Origin: an uncultured Clostridia bacterium
GTDB taxonomy: Bacteria > Bacillota > Clostridia > TANB77 > CAG-508
Assembly: GCA_963558185.1 (NCBI GenBank)
Contig: CAUWFE010000004.1
Location: 2,395 to 66,394, forward strand
DNA: 64,000 nt
Direction of reading: 5' to 3'
The notes under the pieces are model-generated. The model saw only the letters and a list, made by a program, of their open reading frames with translations. It did not search any database and was not told where the DNA came from. The position numbers and the translations under genes are program-made. Within the stretch, counting starts at the first letter, position 1. The number at the start of each line of letters is the position of its first letter. Shown in pieces: positions 9,101 to 16,999 of the stretch.

Positions 9101-10839
9101 AAGAGCCACCAGTAATAAAAGTAGAAGGAGACTTTGATACAGAAACAACGCAATTAGGCCTAAAAATAGGAGTAACAGATGATGTAGGAATAGAAAAGAT
9201 AAAATGGTCAGAAGGAAATCAATTAGAAAGTTACTTTAAAGAAAATGGAGAACTATTATATGAAAAAGAAGGAGAAACACAAAAGAAAGTAGAAAAAGAA
9301 ATAAAAGTAAAAGCAAATGGATATTATACAATATATGCAGAAGATATAGTAGGAAATAGTGGAATATTTACACTACAAGTAGGAAATATAGACTTAATAC
9401 CACCAAAAGTAAGTATAGATGTAAAACCAGAAGAACTAACAACACAAGTAAAAATAAATATAGACTATGAAGATAGTAAAATAAAAGAATATAAAATAGG
9501 AAATAGTGGATGGAATAACTATACAGGAGAAATAACATTAAGTTCATATACAGTAATAACAAATAAATGGATGAATGCAGATGGAACAGTAACAATATAT
9601 GCAAAAGGAATAGACGTAGCAGGAAATGAAACAAACACAGAAAAAACAATAAATAATTTAGATACACAATTACCACAAATGCCAGTAATAAATTCAAATT
9701 ATGGATATCCAATATTAACAGAGTATGGGGTAAAGAAAGATGGAAAAACAACAATAACGTTTGATACAAGTAAAAATGTAACCAATTACTATAAAATAGA
9801 TGAAGGACAATGGATAGAATATACAGGAGAATTTGAAATAGATAAGGAATGTACAATATATGTAAAGAGTGTAAAAAATGATAGTGGATTGGGAGTAAGT
9901 ACAAGTAGAACAATAACATCACCAACAGATGCATTAGGAGAAGCAGCATATGATGGAGATGAAAATACAGGAGATGAATATACTAAAGAAGGAAGCAAGT
10001 ATGTATATGTAGATGAAACAATGCAAGGAAGAAATATTAGAATCAAAATATATGAAAATTATAGTGCAGATGTTGAATTTTATTCTATGACAGGACAAAA
10101 GATTAGTGAATTTCATATTAATGATAATGATAACTATGCAACAGAAAATATAGTAGCAATACCGGAAGGAACAAAAAAAATTGGAATTAAAAGTTTGGCA
10201 GCAGGTGAATCTATATTTAAAACAATAGTATATGAAATACAAGTTTCAAACGAACCGAGATTTACATCGACAAAAGGATACCCATTATTACATGCAGAAG
10301 TAGACAAGCAAATAAAAGAACCATATGAAATGGTAAGTATAAATTATTTTCCAACAAGTGTACAAAGATTGTATAAAATAGGAGATGGAAAATGGATAGA
10401 TTACAAAGATGAAGCCGTATGGGTAAATCAAGGAGAAACAATATATGCAAAAGGAATAGATAAATTTGGAAATGAAACAAGAATAATAAGTTCATATACA
10501 GCAAATGTTTCAAATGCATTAGCGAAAGAAGCATTTGATGGAGATGAAAATACAGGAGATGAATATACTAAAGAAGGAAGCAAGTATGTATATGTAGATG
10601 AAACAATGCAAGGAAGAAATATTAGAATCAAAATATATGAAAATTATAGTGCAGATGTTGAATTTTATTCTATGACAGGACAAAAGATTAGTGAATTTCA
10701 TATTAATGATAATGATAACTATGCAACAGAAAATATAGTAGCAATACCGGAAGGAACAAAAAAAATTGGAATTAAAAGTTTGGCAGCAGGTGAATCTATA
10801 TTTAAAACAATAGTGTATGAAATACAACATTCAAATTAA
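6103..10839 (+). CDS. Giant (1578 aa) repeat-rich surface protein with a prepilin-like (class III signal-peptide-like) N-terminus and two C-terminal lectin-like modules
   Basis: AAGGAGG RBS. The N-terminus ...EKEKGITLIALVVTIVILVILSATAITMIIGENG resembles a pilin leader plus hydrophobic helix. At least 10 repeats of roughly 85-95 aa carry the pattern (K/R)YYKIG.G.W.EYTG.F.V..N.TIYA.., which resembles chitobiase/hexosaminidase C-terminal-type beta-sandwich repeats. The C-terminal module YDGDENTGDEY...IRIKIYENY... is duplicated. Confidence 0.85.
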   Translation: MEEIPILKKDIKNNIIEEKSINKNKKHREKEKGITLIALVVTIVILVILSATAITMIIGENGLFDQAKWGSFSSRFADVEEIRNIYEASKEMEEIQSQTKLKIEEKKGLTGEVSKEEKEEIEKNNKTLKIKMEELSGKPLEELKIYWIDNKKIGTQVKEKYVIDVETNQIYQYKGEKIYGKIWHTLDDGIGENDGTIEDEDKENFEGWIKLTLNYPENSTDWKWRLVAVGEVRNDPELIWKEYTGPIWVRIQDVENVWMRYKMNGEDVIVAPEGRVVVDIEADSYYPDLREKVKVKINYDKGAEIKEYKVGNGEWKEYQGEFYVTENTLIEARAKKTERILNEFGEVESETESWGRDNLYIGNIGIEETELPAPRIIKKEGGTGEVAKVAIEYPQEAQGGKQIYKLDYGEEQEYNGEVGIEKNGTYVIAYYYNQEGKRSKSTSIKIIENGESQGGEYIPNKPGINGENGESNPTKPSYKIPGPVISENGGNVSISLPAQTTNKEAKENKIYYKILGQGGYKRYTASFKVEMTCTIASYYITEKGEISETTYKDVYIAEPGMPKVTIQLKPSEYEVKYNAGKVEVTIKAQDSEKIEYSFNKVEWKEYTKPIEVTKNCRIYARGTNSNGETIEYKDITNLGAQPEIPDTLSVNISTKDIQGQTGKVEKVKVSIGYDGRAQRKYYKIGQTGEIKEYTGAFEVDKNCTIYAYAISEKGYGEAQKGIDSIEKGIDSIEKGIMDPIITVKPNENYQASKVKVEIQYDKNVTQKKYRINKGQYKDYTESFEVEENCEIEAYSTNAKGKIGKSTYRITNIIKEDVITVIDQGDYYIIRLSYPPTAINKEYKWQEKGTWKPYHNTGILLAKEKIKQQVEGADVVKVKDEGGKEITFDKEDIYFITKPVNELIEQIYMRWDNRTPTMPEIILSTEEPCLELDATIKYSNTIIEKKYRIVYPNGVITSWKDYKDGEKIHVTQKGTTIYAKGQDETGMWTKTASRQINNIDEEPPVIKVEGDFDTETTQLGLKIGVTDDVGIEKIKWSEGNQLESYFKENGELLYEKEGETQKKVEKEIKVKANGYYTIYAEDIVGNSGIFTLQVGNIDLIPPKVSIDVKPEELTTQVKINIDYEDSKIKEYKIGNSGWNNYTGEITLSSYTVITNKWMNADGTVTIYAKGIDVAGNETNTEKTINNLDTQLPQMPVINSNYGYPILTEYGVKKDGKTTITFDTSKNVTNYYKIDEGQWIEYTGEFEIDKECTIYVKSVKNDSGLGVSTSRTITSPTDALGEAAYDGDENTGDEYTKEGSKYVYVDETMQGRNIRIKIYENYSADVEFYSMTGQKISEFHINDNDNYATENIVAIPEGTKKIGIKSLAAGESIFKTIVYEIQVSNEPRFTSTKGYPLLHAEVDKQIKEPYEMVSINYFPTSVQRLYKIGDGKWIDYKDEAVWVNQGETIYAKGIDKFGNETRIISSYTANVSNALAKEAFDGDENTGDEYTKEGSKYVYVDETMQGRNIRIKIYENYSADVEFYSMTGQKISEFHINDNDNYATENIVAIPEGTKKIGIKSLAAGESIFKTIVYEIQHSN
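8260..8310 (+). repeat. In-frame 21-bp tandem repeat, about 2.4 copies
   Basis: aaaggaatagatagtatagaa occurs at 8260-8280 and 8281-8301, then a partial aaaggaata at 8302-8310. It encodes KGIDSIE KGIDSIE KGI. Confidence 0.85.
9952..10826 (+). repeat. 585-bp-period tandem duplication inside the giant gene, with a 290-bp almost identical core
   Basis: 9952-10241 and 10537-10826 are identical by eye except one position (10230 A versus 10815 G). The first halves of the two 195-aa units are strongly diverged. Confidence 0.85.
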
Positions 10840-10904
10840 CACAAAATATAAAAAATAAAAGAAAGGAATAGGTGCCTAAACTAAAACACCTCAAGGTATA
10901 AAAA

Positions 10905-11327
10905 ATGAAAAAACAAGAAAAAAGAATAATATTACTACTAGTAATAATAACAATAATAGTAATAGGAATATTTATATTCACAAGAAGTGGAAATAAGCAA
11001 GAAGAAAATAAAACAGAAACAATCCAAGAAGGAAATACAACATATGTACAAGTAACAGATAAAGAAGTAGATGAAATAGAAGTTACAAATATAGAAATAA
11101 CAGAAGAAAATGGAGATGCAGTAGTAACAGCAAATGTAACAAATAATACAAAGCAAGAAAAAGAAGAATTTACAGTAAAAATAAAACTAAAAAATGAAAA
11201 AGGAAAAATAATTCAAGAACTAGGAGCATTAATAGGAAAAACACAACCAGGAGAAACAAGACAAATAAGAGCAATAGTAGGAGGAGTAAATATAAATGAA
11301 ATAAAAGATATAGAAATAATAAAATAA
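10905..11327 (+). CDS. Small N-terminally anchored protein (140 aa), paralog 1
   Basis: N-terminal TM (IILLLVIITIIVIGIFIF), a polar linker, then a roughly 90-aa ectodomain of alternating beta-strand character (VTANVTNNTKQEKEEFTVKIKLKNEKGKII...). Same architecture as the next ORF. Confidence 0.65.
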   Translation: MKKQEKRIILLLVIITIIVIGIFIFTRSGNKQEENKTETIQEGNTTYVQVTDKEVDEIEVTNIEITEENGDAVVTANVTNNTKQEKEEFTVKIKLKNEKGKIIQELGALIGKTQPGETRQIRAIVGGVNINEIKDIEIIK

Positions 11328-11376
11328 AGAAGGAGGAGAAGAGCATCTTAAAAAAATAAGATGCTCCAAATAAAAA

Positions 11377-11754
11377 ATGGATAAAAAGAAGTTAATATTA
11401 ATAATAATAGCAATATTGTTAGTAATAGGAGTAATTGCAATAATAGCAAATATGGGAAATAAAAAGGAAAGTCAAGAAGAAGGAAAAGTAGTAATAAACG
11501 AAATAGAATTTAGCAATATAAGCAAAGAATATAGTGGAGGAATAACAACAGTAAGAGCAACAGTAAAAAATAATACAGAAGAAACAAAAAACATAAATGT
11601 AAAAGTAATATTAAAAGATAAAGAAGGAAAAGTGCTAATAGAAACAAAGCAAAAATTAGAAAATATAGAATCCGGAAGAAAAAAACTATTAGCAGCAGGA
11701 ATAATGGGAGATTACAGTAATGCAGATAAAATAGAATTAAAAGAAATCAAATAA
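11377..11754 (+). CDS. Small N-terminally anchored protein (125 aa), paralog 2
   Basis: N-terminal TM (LILIIIAILLVIGVIAIIA) and an ectodomain TVRATVKNNTEETKNINVKVILKDKEGKVL... that parallels the 10905 product. No obvious SD next to the ATG. Confidence 0.6.
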   Translation: MDKKKLILIIIAILLVIGVIAIIANMGNKKESQEEGKVVINEIEFSNISKEYSGGITTVRATVKNNTEETKNINVKVILKDKEGKVLIETKQKLENIESGRKKLLAAGIMGDYSNADKIELKEIK

Positions 11755-11757
11755 TAT

Positions 11758-11793
11758 AAAACTCTTTATGATAAATATCATAAAGAGTTTTTG
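11758..11793 (+). terminator. Rho-independent terminator at the end of locus A
   Basis: actctttatgat (11761-11772) pairs with atcataaagagt (11777-11788) around a 4-nt loop, followed by ttttt. Confidence 0.75.
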
Positions 11794-11837
11794 CAATAGT
11801 AAAAAAGTTAATGATAGTGTGAATTAATGTGAATAAA

Positions 11838-12755
11838 TTATCTTAAATTCTCTAATGCTTCTATTCTATCTTCAATAGAAGGGTGAGTTGAAAATAAGTT
11901 TTTACTTCTTTTTATTTTTTTACCATTAGAATCAATGGCATCTTTCTTAAATGGACATACAATAAACATATTAGCAGTAGAACGGTTAGCAGTTCTTAGC
12001 TCATTTGAATCACCATCTAATTTTTTTAAAGCAGAAATTAAACCATCTGGATTACGTGTAAATTGAACTGAAGTAGCATCTGCTAAAAATTCTCTTCTCC
12101 TAGATAATGCAAGTTGCATAAGTTGAGAAAAAATAGGGGAAAGAATTAGAAAAACAAAACCAACTAAAAATATAATTACATTTGCATTTCCACTATCATT
12201 ATCATCATCTCTTATACCTCCCCAGAATAAAGCTCTAGTAACAATATCAGCTAACATCACAACTAATCCCACCATTACAGAAACTACAGCAGAAAGGCGT
12301 ATATCATAATTTTTTATATGTGCAAGTTCATGCCCAATAACACCTTCTAATTCATAATAATCTAATTTTTCAAGTAAACCAGTAGTAACACATATAACGG
12401 AATTTTGAGGATTTCTACCAGTAGCAAAAGCATTAGGTTGAGCATCATCTACAACATACAATTTAGGTGTATGCTCTAAACCAGAAGCAATCACTAAAGA
12501 ATTTAGAATATTACATAACTTTTGATCTTCCTCTTTAGTAGCAGGTCTTGCACGATTAAGAGAAAGTACTATCTTATCACTATAGTAGTAAGAACCCCAA
12601 GCAGATAATATAGAAAAAGTTAAAGCAATAACTACAGAAACTGCACCCAAATCTAACATCTGGCAGATAAAGTAAATTAATAAAGTAATAACTACAATAA
12701 AAGCAGAAACAATAAAACCAGATTTCCATTTATTCTTTTTTATATCATCATACAT
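11838..12755 (-). CDS. htpX: M48-family zinc metalloprotease HtpX
   Basis: HELAHIKNYD (HExxH) lies between hydrophobic segments. The start was moved to the ATG at 12755, which has GGAGG 6 nt upstream. The longer ORF start at 12779 lacks an SD. Confidence 0.8.
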   Translation of the reverse strand: MYDDIKKNKWKSGFIVSAFIVVITLLIYFICQMLDLGAVSVVIALTFSILSAWGSYYYSDKIVLSLNRARPATKEEDQKLCNILNSLVIASGLEHTPKLYVVDDAQPNAFATGRNPQNSVICVTTGLLEKLDYYELEGVIGHELAHIKNYDIRLSAVVSVMVGLVVMLADIVTRALFWGGIRDDDNDSGNANVIIFLVGFVFLILSPIFSQLMQLALSRRREFLADATSVQFTRNPDGLISALKKLDGDSNELRTANRSTANMFIVCPFKKDAIDSNGKKIKRSKNLFSTHPSIEDRIEALENLR

Positions 12756-12811
12756 AATAAACCTCCATAAATAAAGCACAAAGGAAGAAGACCTTTGTGC
12801 TAAAAATAATA

Positions 12812-13363
12812 TTAACTAAAATCTACTTTTACATTTTTTCTAGCTTCTTCATTATCTACATTAAATAAACTTTCTGCTTTAAAATTAAACATAGAAGCAA
12901 TAATATTTGATGGGAACATTTCTAATTTTGTATTATACATTGTTACACTATCATTATAAAATTGTCTTGCATAAGAAATTTTATTTTCAGTATTACGTAA
13001 TTCTTCTTGTAATTCAGAAAAGTTTTGATTTGCTTGTAATTCTGGATAATTTTCAGAAACAGACATAATTGTTTTTAAAGTACTAGATAAAGCATTTTCT
13101 AAACCAGCTTTTTCTTCTACAGTTGTAGCATTAGCCCATGCAGTACGTAATTGGGCTATATCAGTTAAAACTTTTTCTTCATGTTTCATGTAACCTTTTA
13201 CAGTATCAACAAGATTAGGAATTAAATCAAATCTTCTTTGTAATTGTACATCTATTTGACTCCATGCATTTTTCACTTTTAATCTAGCTTGAACTAAATT
13301 ATTGTACATAACAATAAGAGCAATAACAAGTACAACAACGATACCTAAAATAATCCAACCCAT
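12812..13363 (-). CDS. lemA: LemA family membrane protein
   Basis: N-terminal TM, then NLVQARLKVKNAWSQIDVQLQRRFDLIPNLV...ENYPELQANQNF, which is typical of LemA. The start at 13363 has GGAGG 9 nt upstream. It forms a likely operon with htpX. Confidence 0.8.
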   Translation of the reverse strand: MGWIILGIVVVLVIALIVMYNNLVQARLKVKNAWSQIDVQLQRRFDLIPNLVDTVKGYMKHEEKVLTDIAQLRTAWANATTVEEKAGLENALSSTLKTIMSVSENYPELQANQNFSELQEELRNTENKISYARQFYNDSVTMYNTKLEMFPSNIIASMFNFKAESLFNVDNEEARKNVKVDFS

Positions 13364-13499
13364 AAAAATAATCCTCCTTTTAAAAAACATTTAAGTAATA
13401 AAATATTTATATCATATTTTTTGTGTATATACAATAGTTATATTGTGAATTTTTATTGAAAAGTTAATAATTAATGGTTTCTGTAAATTAATATAAATA

Positions 13500-13681
13500 A
13501 TGCCTTGAAATATAAGCTTTTAATTACATTCCTTAGGCTTACTACGAAATTTAAGAAATTCTAATTTATTTTATGGCACCCTTCCACTAAAGTGAACTCT
13601 TTCCATAAAATGGCACAGAATTTCTAAAATTTCTTCGTAAACATTCGTTATTTTATTAAAAGCTTATATTTCAAGGCGTTC
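13500..13681 (+). ncRNA. Candidate rod-shaped structured RNA of about 180 nt (6S-like architecture); identity and strand are tentative
   Basis: A perfect 23-bp closing stem (13503-13525 with 13656-13678) can be extended by 3 pairs on the + strand only, through a U-G pair. A large internal loop follows (18 nt at 13526-13543 opposite 15 nt at 13641-13655). Further stems are tacgaa/ttcgta, agaaattct/agaatttct and ttttatgg/ccataaaa, with a 26-nt apical region. Confidence 0.35.
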
Positions 13682-13845
13682 TAGTAAAAAATGATTTGAA
13701 ATAATTAAATAATAATATTGAAAAAGTAATAAATTGGGTACAAGCCACATATAATTAAGTATACAGCCATTGATAATATAAAACCAATTAGACAACAATT
13801 TATAAATTACTAGAGCAGAGCCATATTAAAAAAACTAGCCAAAAT

Positions 13846-13875
13846 TTGACAAAATTAGTATAAACATGTTATAAT
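13846..13875 (+). promoter_or_regulatory. Sigma-A-type promoter for the 13911 gene
   Basis: TTGACA at 13846-13851, an 18-nt spacer ending in TG, and TATAAT at 13870-13875. Confidence 0.6.
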
Positions 13876-13910
13876 AAGGTTGTTGTAAAAATAAGGAGGA
13901 AAAAATTTTT

Positions 13911-14921
13911 ATGAAAAAAGATGATAGAGCATCGATATCACTAATAAAGATTTTAGCAATATGTTTAATTGTTATTACTTTAACTAGCGTAAGTGTTATG
14001 GCAACAAGTACACAAATATCGAATGTAAAAATTATACTTTCTAATGATTACGAAATGTCAATAGTAACAGCTAATAAAAAAGTAGCAGATATTTTAGAAG
14101 AAAATAATATCGAACTTGCAGAAGATGAAGTTGTTACACCAGATTTAGAAGAAGAACTTTCAGACAACAAAACAATAAAAATATCTAAAGCAGATGACCA
14201 AGAAAATGTAGTTGCAGAAAAGGAAAAAGTTATTTCACAAGAAGAAATATTACAAGGATATAATACTATTACAGAAAAAATAATAGTAGAACAAATTGTA
14301 ATTCCATTTGAAACAATTACAAAAGAAGCAACAGATTCAGCTAAAAGTGGAACAAAACAAAATAAAGTAGTTCAAAAAGGTGAAAATGGTCTAAAAGAAG
14401 TTACTTATAAAGTAAAATATCAAAATAATCAAGAAATTGAAAGAAATCAAATTTCAGAAGTAATTGTTAAAGAACCAGTAAACAAAATAGTAGAAGTAAG
14501 AACAGTACAACTTACTTCAAGAAGTAGTGGTTCAAGAGTAACAAGCTATGGAAATGGAAAATGGTCTTATTCAGCATCAGAAATGGATTTATTATGTGCA
14601 ATTACAGCTCAAGAAGCAAGCTCTAGTTATGAAGCATCATTAGCAGTTATTACATGTGCAGCAAATAGGGCAGCAAGTAGCAGATGGAGAAAATATGGAA
14701 CAGATCCATTAAGCCAATATAAAGCACCAAATCAATTTTGCTACTCAATAGATAATCATTGGAAAAAAAGATTAAATGGTAATTATCCATCACATGTAAA
14801 AAGAGCTGTTCAAGATGCATTAAATGGAAAAAGAAATCATAGATACTTATCTTTTAGATCAGCAAGAACTGGAATATCAGGAGTAAAAATAGGTGGAAAT
14901 GTATATTTTAATCCAATGTAA
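13911..14921 (+). CDS. Membrane-anchored DUF348-G5 protein with a SleB/CwlJ-like cell-wall hydrolase C-terminal domain
   Basis: N-terminal TM. A DUF348-like segment (VKIILSNDYEMSIVTANKKVADILEENNIEL...DNKTIKISKA). A G5-like segment (FETITKE...VVQKGENGLKEVTYKVKYQNNQEIERNQISEVIVKEPVNKIVEV). The C-terminus LLCAITAQEASSSYEASLAVITCAANR...PNQF resembles the Hydrolase_2 (SleB) family. Confidence 0.65.
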   Translation: MKKDDRASISLIKILAICLIVITLTSVSVMATSTQISNVKIILSNDYEMSIVTANKKVADILEENNIELAEDEVVTPDLEEELSDNKTIKISKADDQENVVAEKEKVISQEEILQGYNTITEKIIVEQIVIPFETITKEATDSAKSGTKQNKVVQKGENGLKEVTYKVKYQNNQEIERNQISEVIVKEPVNKIVEVRTVQLTSRSSGSRVTSYGNGKWSYSASEMDLLCAITAQEASSSYEASLAVITCAANRAASSRWRKYGTDPLSQYKAPNQFCYSIDNHWKKRLNGNYPSHVKRAVQDALNGKRNHRYLSFRSARTGISGVKIGGNVYFNPM

Positions 14922-14936
14922 AATTATGTGCAATAT

Positions 14937-14966
14937 AAAAGGCGAATGTAAATTCGCCTTTTATAT
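14937..14966 (+). terminator. Rho-independent terminator
   Basis: ggcgaat (14941-14947) pairs with attcgcc (14952-14958) around loop gtaa, followed by tttt. Confidence 0.7.
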
Positions 14967-14990
14967 TGCTAAAAAGAAGGGAGAATTTAA

Positions 14991-15746
14991 ATGAAATTAA
15001 TATCATGGAATGTAAATGGAATAAGAGCAGCACTAAATAAAGGATTTATGGATTTTTTTGAAAACAGTAAAGCTGATATATTTTGTATCCAGGAAACAAA
15101 AATGCAAGAAGGTCAAGCAACATTAAACTTAGAAGGATATGAACAATATTGGAATAGTGCAGAAAGAAAAGGATATTCAGGAACGGCAGTATTTACCAAA
15201 ATAAAACCTATAAAAGTAACATATGGAATAGGAAAAGAAGAACATGATAAAGAAGGAAGAATAATTACATTAGAATTTGAAAAATTTTTCTTAGTAAATT
15301 GTTATACTCCAAATTCAAAACGTGAATTAGAAAGATTAGACTATAGACAAACTTGGGAAGATGAAATAAAAGAATACCTAAAAAAATTAGATAACAAAAA
15401 GCCAGTTATATATTGCGGAGATTTAAATGTAGCACATAAAGAAATTGACTTAAAAAATCCAAAAACAAACACAAAAAATGCAGGATTTACAATAGAAGAA
15501 AGAACAAAAATGACAAATTTATTAGAAGCAGGATTTACAGATACATTTAGATATCTATATCCTGAAAAAGAAAATGCATATTCATGGTGGTCATATATGG
15601 GACATGCAAGAGAAAAAAATGTAGGCTGGAGAATAGATTATTTTATTACCTCAAATAGTATAAAAGAAAAAATAAAAGAGGCCATTATTTATGATGAAAT
15701 ATTAGGAAGTGACCATTGCCCAGTAGGTCTGGAAATTGAAATTTAA
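14991..15746 (+). CDS. xth: Exodeoxyribonuclease III
   Basis: MKLISWNVNGIRA N-terminus, ...CIQETK..., ...GDLNVAH..., and C-terminal SDHCPV. These are the hallmarks of the ExoIII/AP endonuclease family. Confidence 0.85.
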   Translation: MKLISWNVNGIRAALNKGFMDFFENSKADIFCIQETKMQEGQATLNLEGYEQYWNSAERKGYSGTAVFTKIKPIKVTYGIGKEEHDKEGRIITLEFEKFFLVNCYTPNSKRELERLDYRQTWEDEIKEYLKKLDNKKPVIYCGDLNVAHKEIDLKNPKTNTKNAGFTIEERTKMTNLLEAGFTDTFRYLYPEKENAYSWWSYMGHAREKNVGWRIDYFITSNSIKEKIKEAIIYDEILGSDHCPVGLEIEI

Positions 15747-15758
15747 GGGGGAACATAC

Positions 15759-16922
15759 ATGGAAAATAAAGAAAAAAAATTAACAAAATGGTTATATTAT
15801 TTTTCAATAGGTGCAGCAATAGTATTAGTATATAAAACAATTGATAATTTTATGTATATAACAGATGGCTTAGGGGAATTTCTTAAAATAATAGCACCAT
15901 TTTTTGTAGGAATATTAATTGCATATATATTATATATTCCATCAAGAAAAGTAGAAAGTTTTTTGGTTAAACAAAAGAAAAGTAAAATATTAAGGAAAAA
16001 AGCAAGACCAGTTAGTGTAATTACTGTATATATAATAGCCGTATTACTTATAATTATGTTATTTACAGTTATTATTCCACCAGTGGCACAAAGCATAATT
16101 GATTTAGCAAATAATTTTCAACAATATTTCAATATGGCAGTAAATCAAATAGAACAAATGCCAGAAGACTCTTTTATAAAAAGCCAAGTCTTAACAAGAA
16201 TAGTCGAATTTGTTAAAAATATCAACATAAAAGAACTAATTAATTTTGAAAGAATATCACAATATGCTCAGGGAGCAATTAGTTTCTTTAATGGAATAGT
16301 AAACACATTTGTAGCTGTTATCGTATCTGTATATATATTAATAAGTAGAAGAGAAATATTGAATTTCTTTAAAAAATTAGCAGAAGCAATATTCAAACAA
16401 AGAGCTTATAATAATATAGATAAATATTTTAACCGTTCAAATGATATATTTTTTAAATTTTTATCAGGACAAATAATAGATGCATTTGTAGTAGGAATCT
16501 TAAGTTCAATTGCAATGAGTATAATGGGAATAAAATATTCTGTATTATTAGGATTTATGATAGGTTTCTTTAATATCATACCATATATAGGGGCAATAAT
16601 AGCAGTTGTAATAGCAGGTATAATTACATTCTTCACAGGAGGATTAAACCAAGCAATATGGATGTTAATTGTAGTTATAATATTACAACAAATAGATGCT
16701 AATATAATAAATCCAAAAATTATTGGAAATTCATTAAAAATTAATCCTTTATTGGTATTACTTGCAATAACAATAGGTGGGGCATGTTTTGGAATGCTAG
16801 GCATATTCCTTTCAGTTCCAATTGCAGCAATTGTAAAATTATTAGTAGATGACTTTATATCATATAGAAATCGTAAAAAAATGCAAAAAGTAACTTTACA
16901 AGAAGAAAACAAACAGGTATAA
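15759..16922 (+). CDS. AI-2E family (PerM/UPF0118) transporter
   Basis: A polytopic membrane protein of about 390 aa with the family-typical central loop and C-terminal ...IIPYIGAIIAVVIA..., ...NIINPKIIGNSLKINPLLVLLA.... Confidence 0.7.
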   Translation: MENKEKKLTKWLYYFSIGAAIVLVYKTIDNFMYITDGLGEFLKIIAPFFVGILIAYILYIPSRKVESFLVKQKKSKILRKKARPVSVITVYIIAVLLIIMLFTVIIPPVAQSIIDLANNFQQYFNMAVNQIEQMPEDSFIKSQVLTRIVEFVKNINIKELINFERISQYAQGAISFFNGIVNTFVAVIVSVYILISRREILNFFKKLAEAIFKQRAYNNIDKYFNRSNDIFFKFLSGQIIDAFVVGILSSIAMSIMGIKYSVLLGFMIGFFNIIPYIGAIIAVVIAGIITFFTGGLNQAIWMLIVVIILQQIDANIINPKIIGNSLKINPLLVLLAITIGGACFGMLGIFLSVPIAAIVKLLVDDFISYRNRKKMQKVTLQEENKQV

Positions 16923-16999
16923 TATACAAGAAAAAACAAAAGCAAAGGAATAAAGCGGTTGAAAAATTTTTTACAGTCGCATTTATACCTTTAGAAAGG

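Noticed and set aside
11329-11377. A hairpin-mediated Shine-Dalgarno repositioning mechanism, as in phage T4 gene 38, for the 11377 gene.
   Set aside because: Even with the 26-nt hairpin folded, the AAGGAGG would remain about 14 nt from the ATG, which is too far to be convincing. The AAGGAGG may be fortuitous, or the hairpin may simply be an intercistronic stabiliser.
13391-13910. A possible c-di-AMP (ydaO-type) riboswitch upstream of the cell-wall hydrolase gene. Such riboswitches often precede hydrolase genes, and gdpP is in the window.
   Set aside because: The region lacks the G-rich conserved blocks of the ydaO motif (GGGGA / ACGGGG / CCCGA-type segments). In addition, a good TTGACA/TATAAT promoter lies downstream of the structure, leaving only a short leader.
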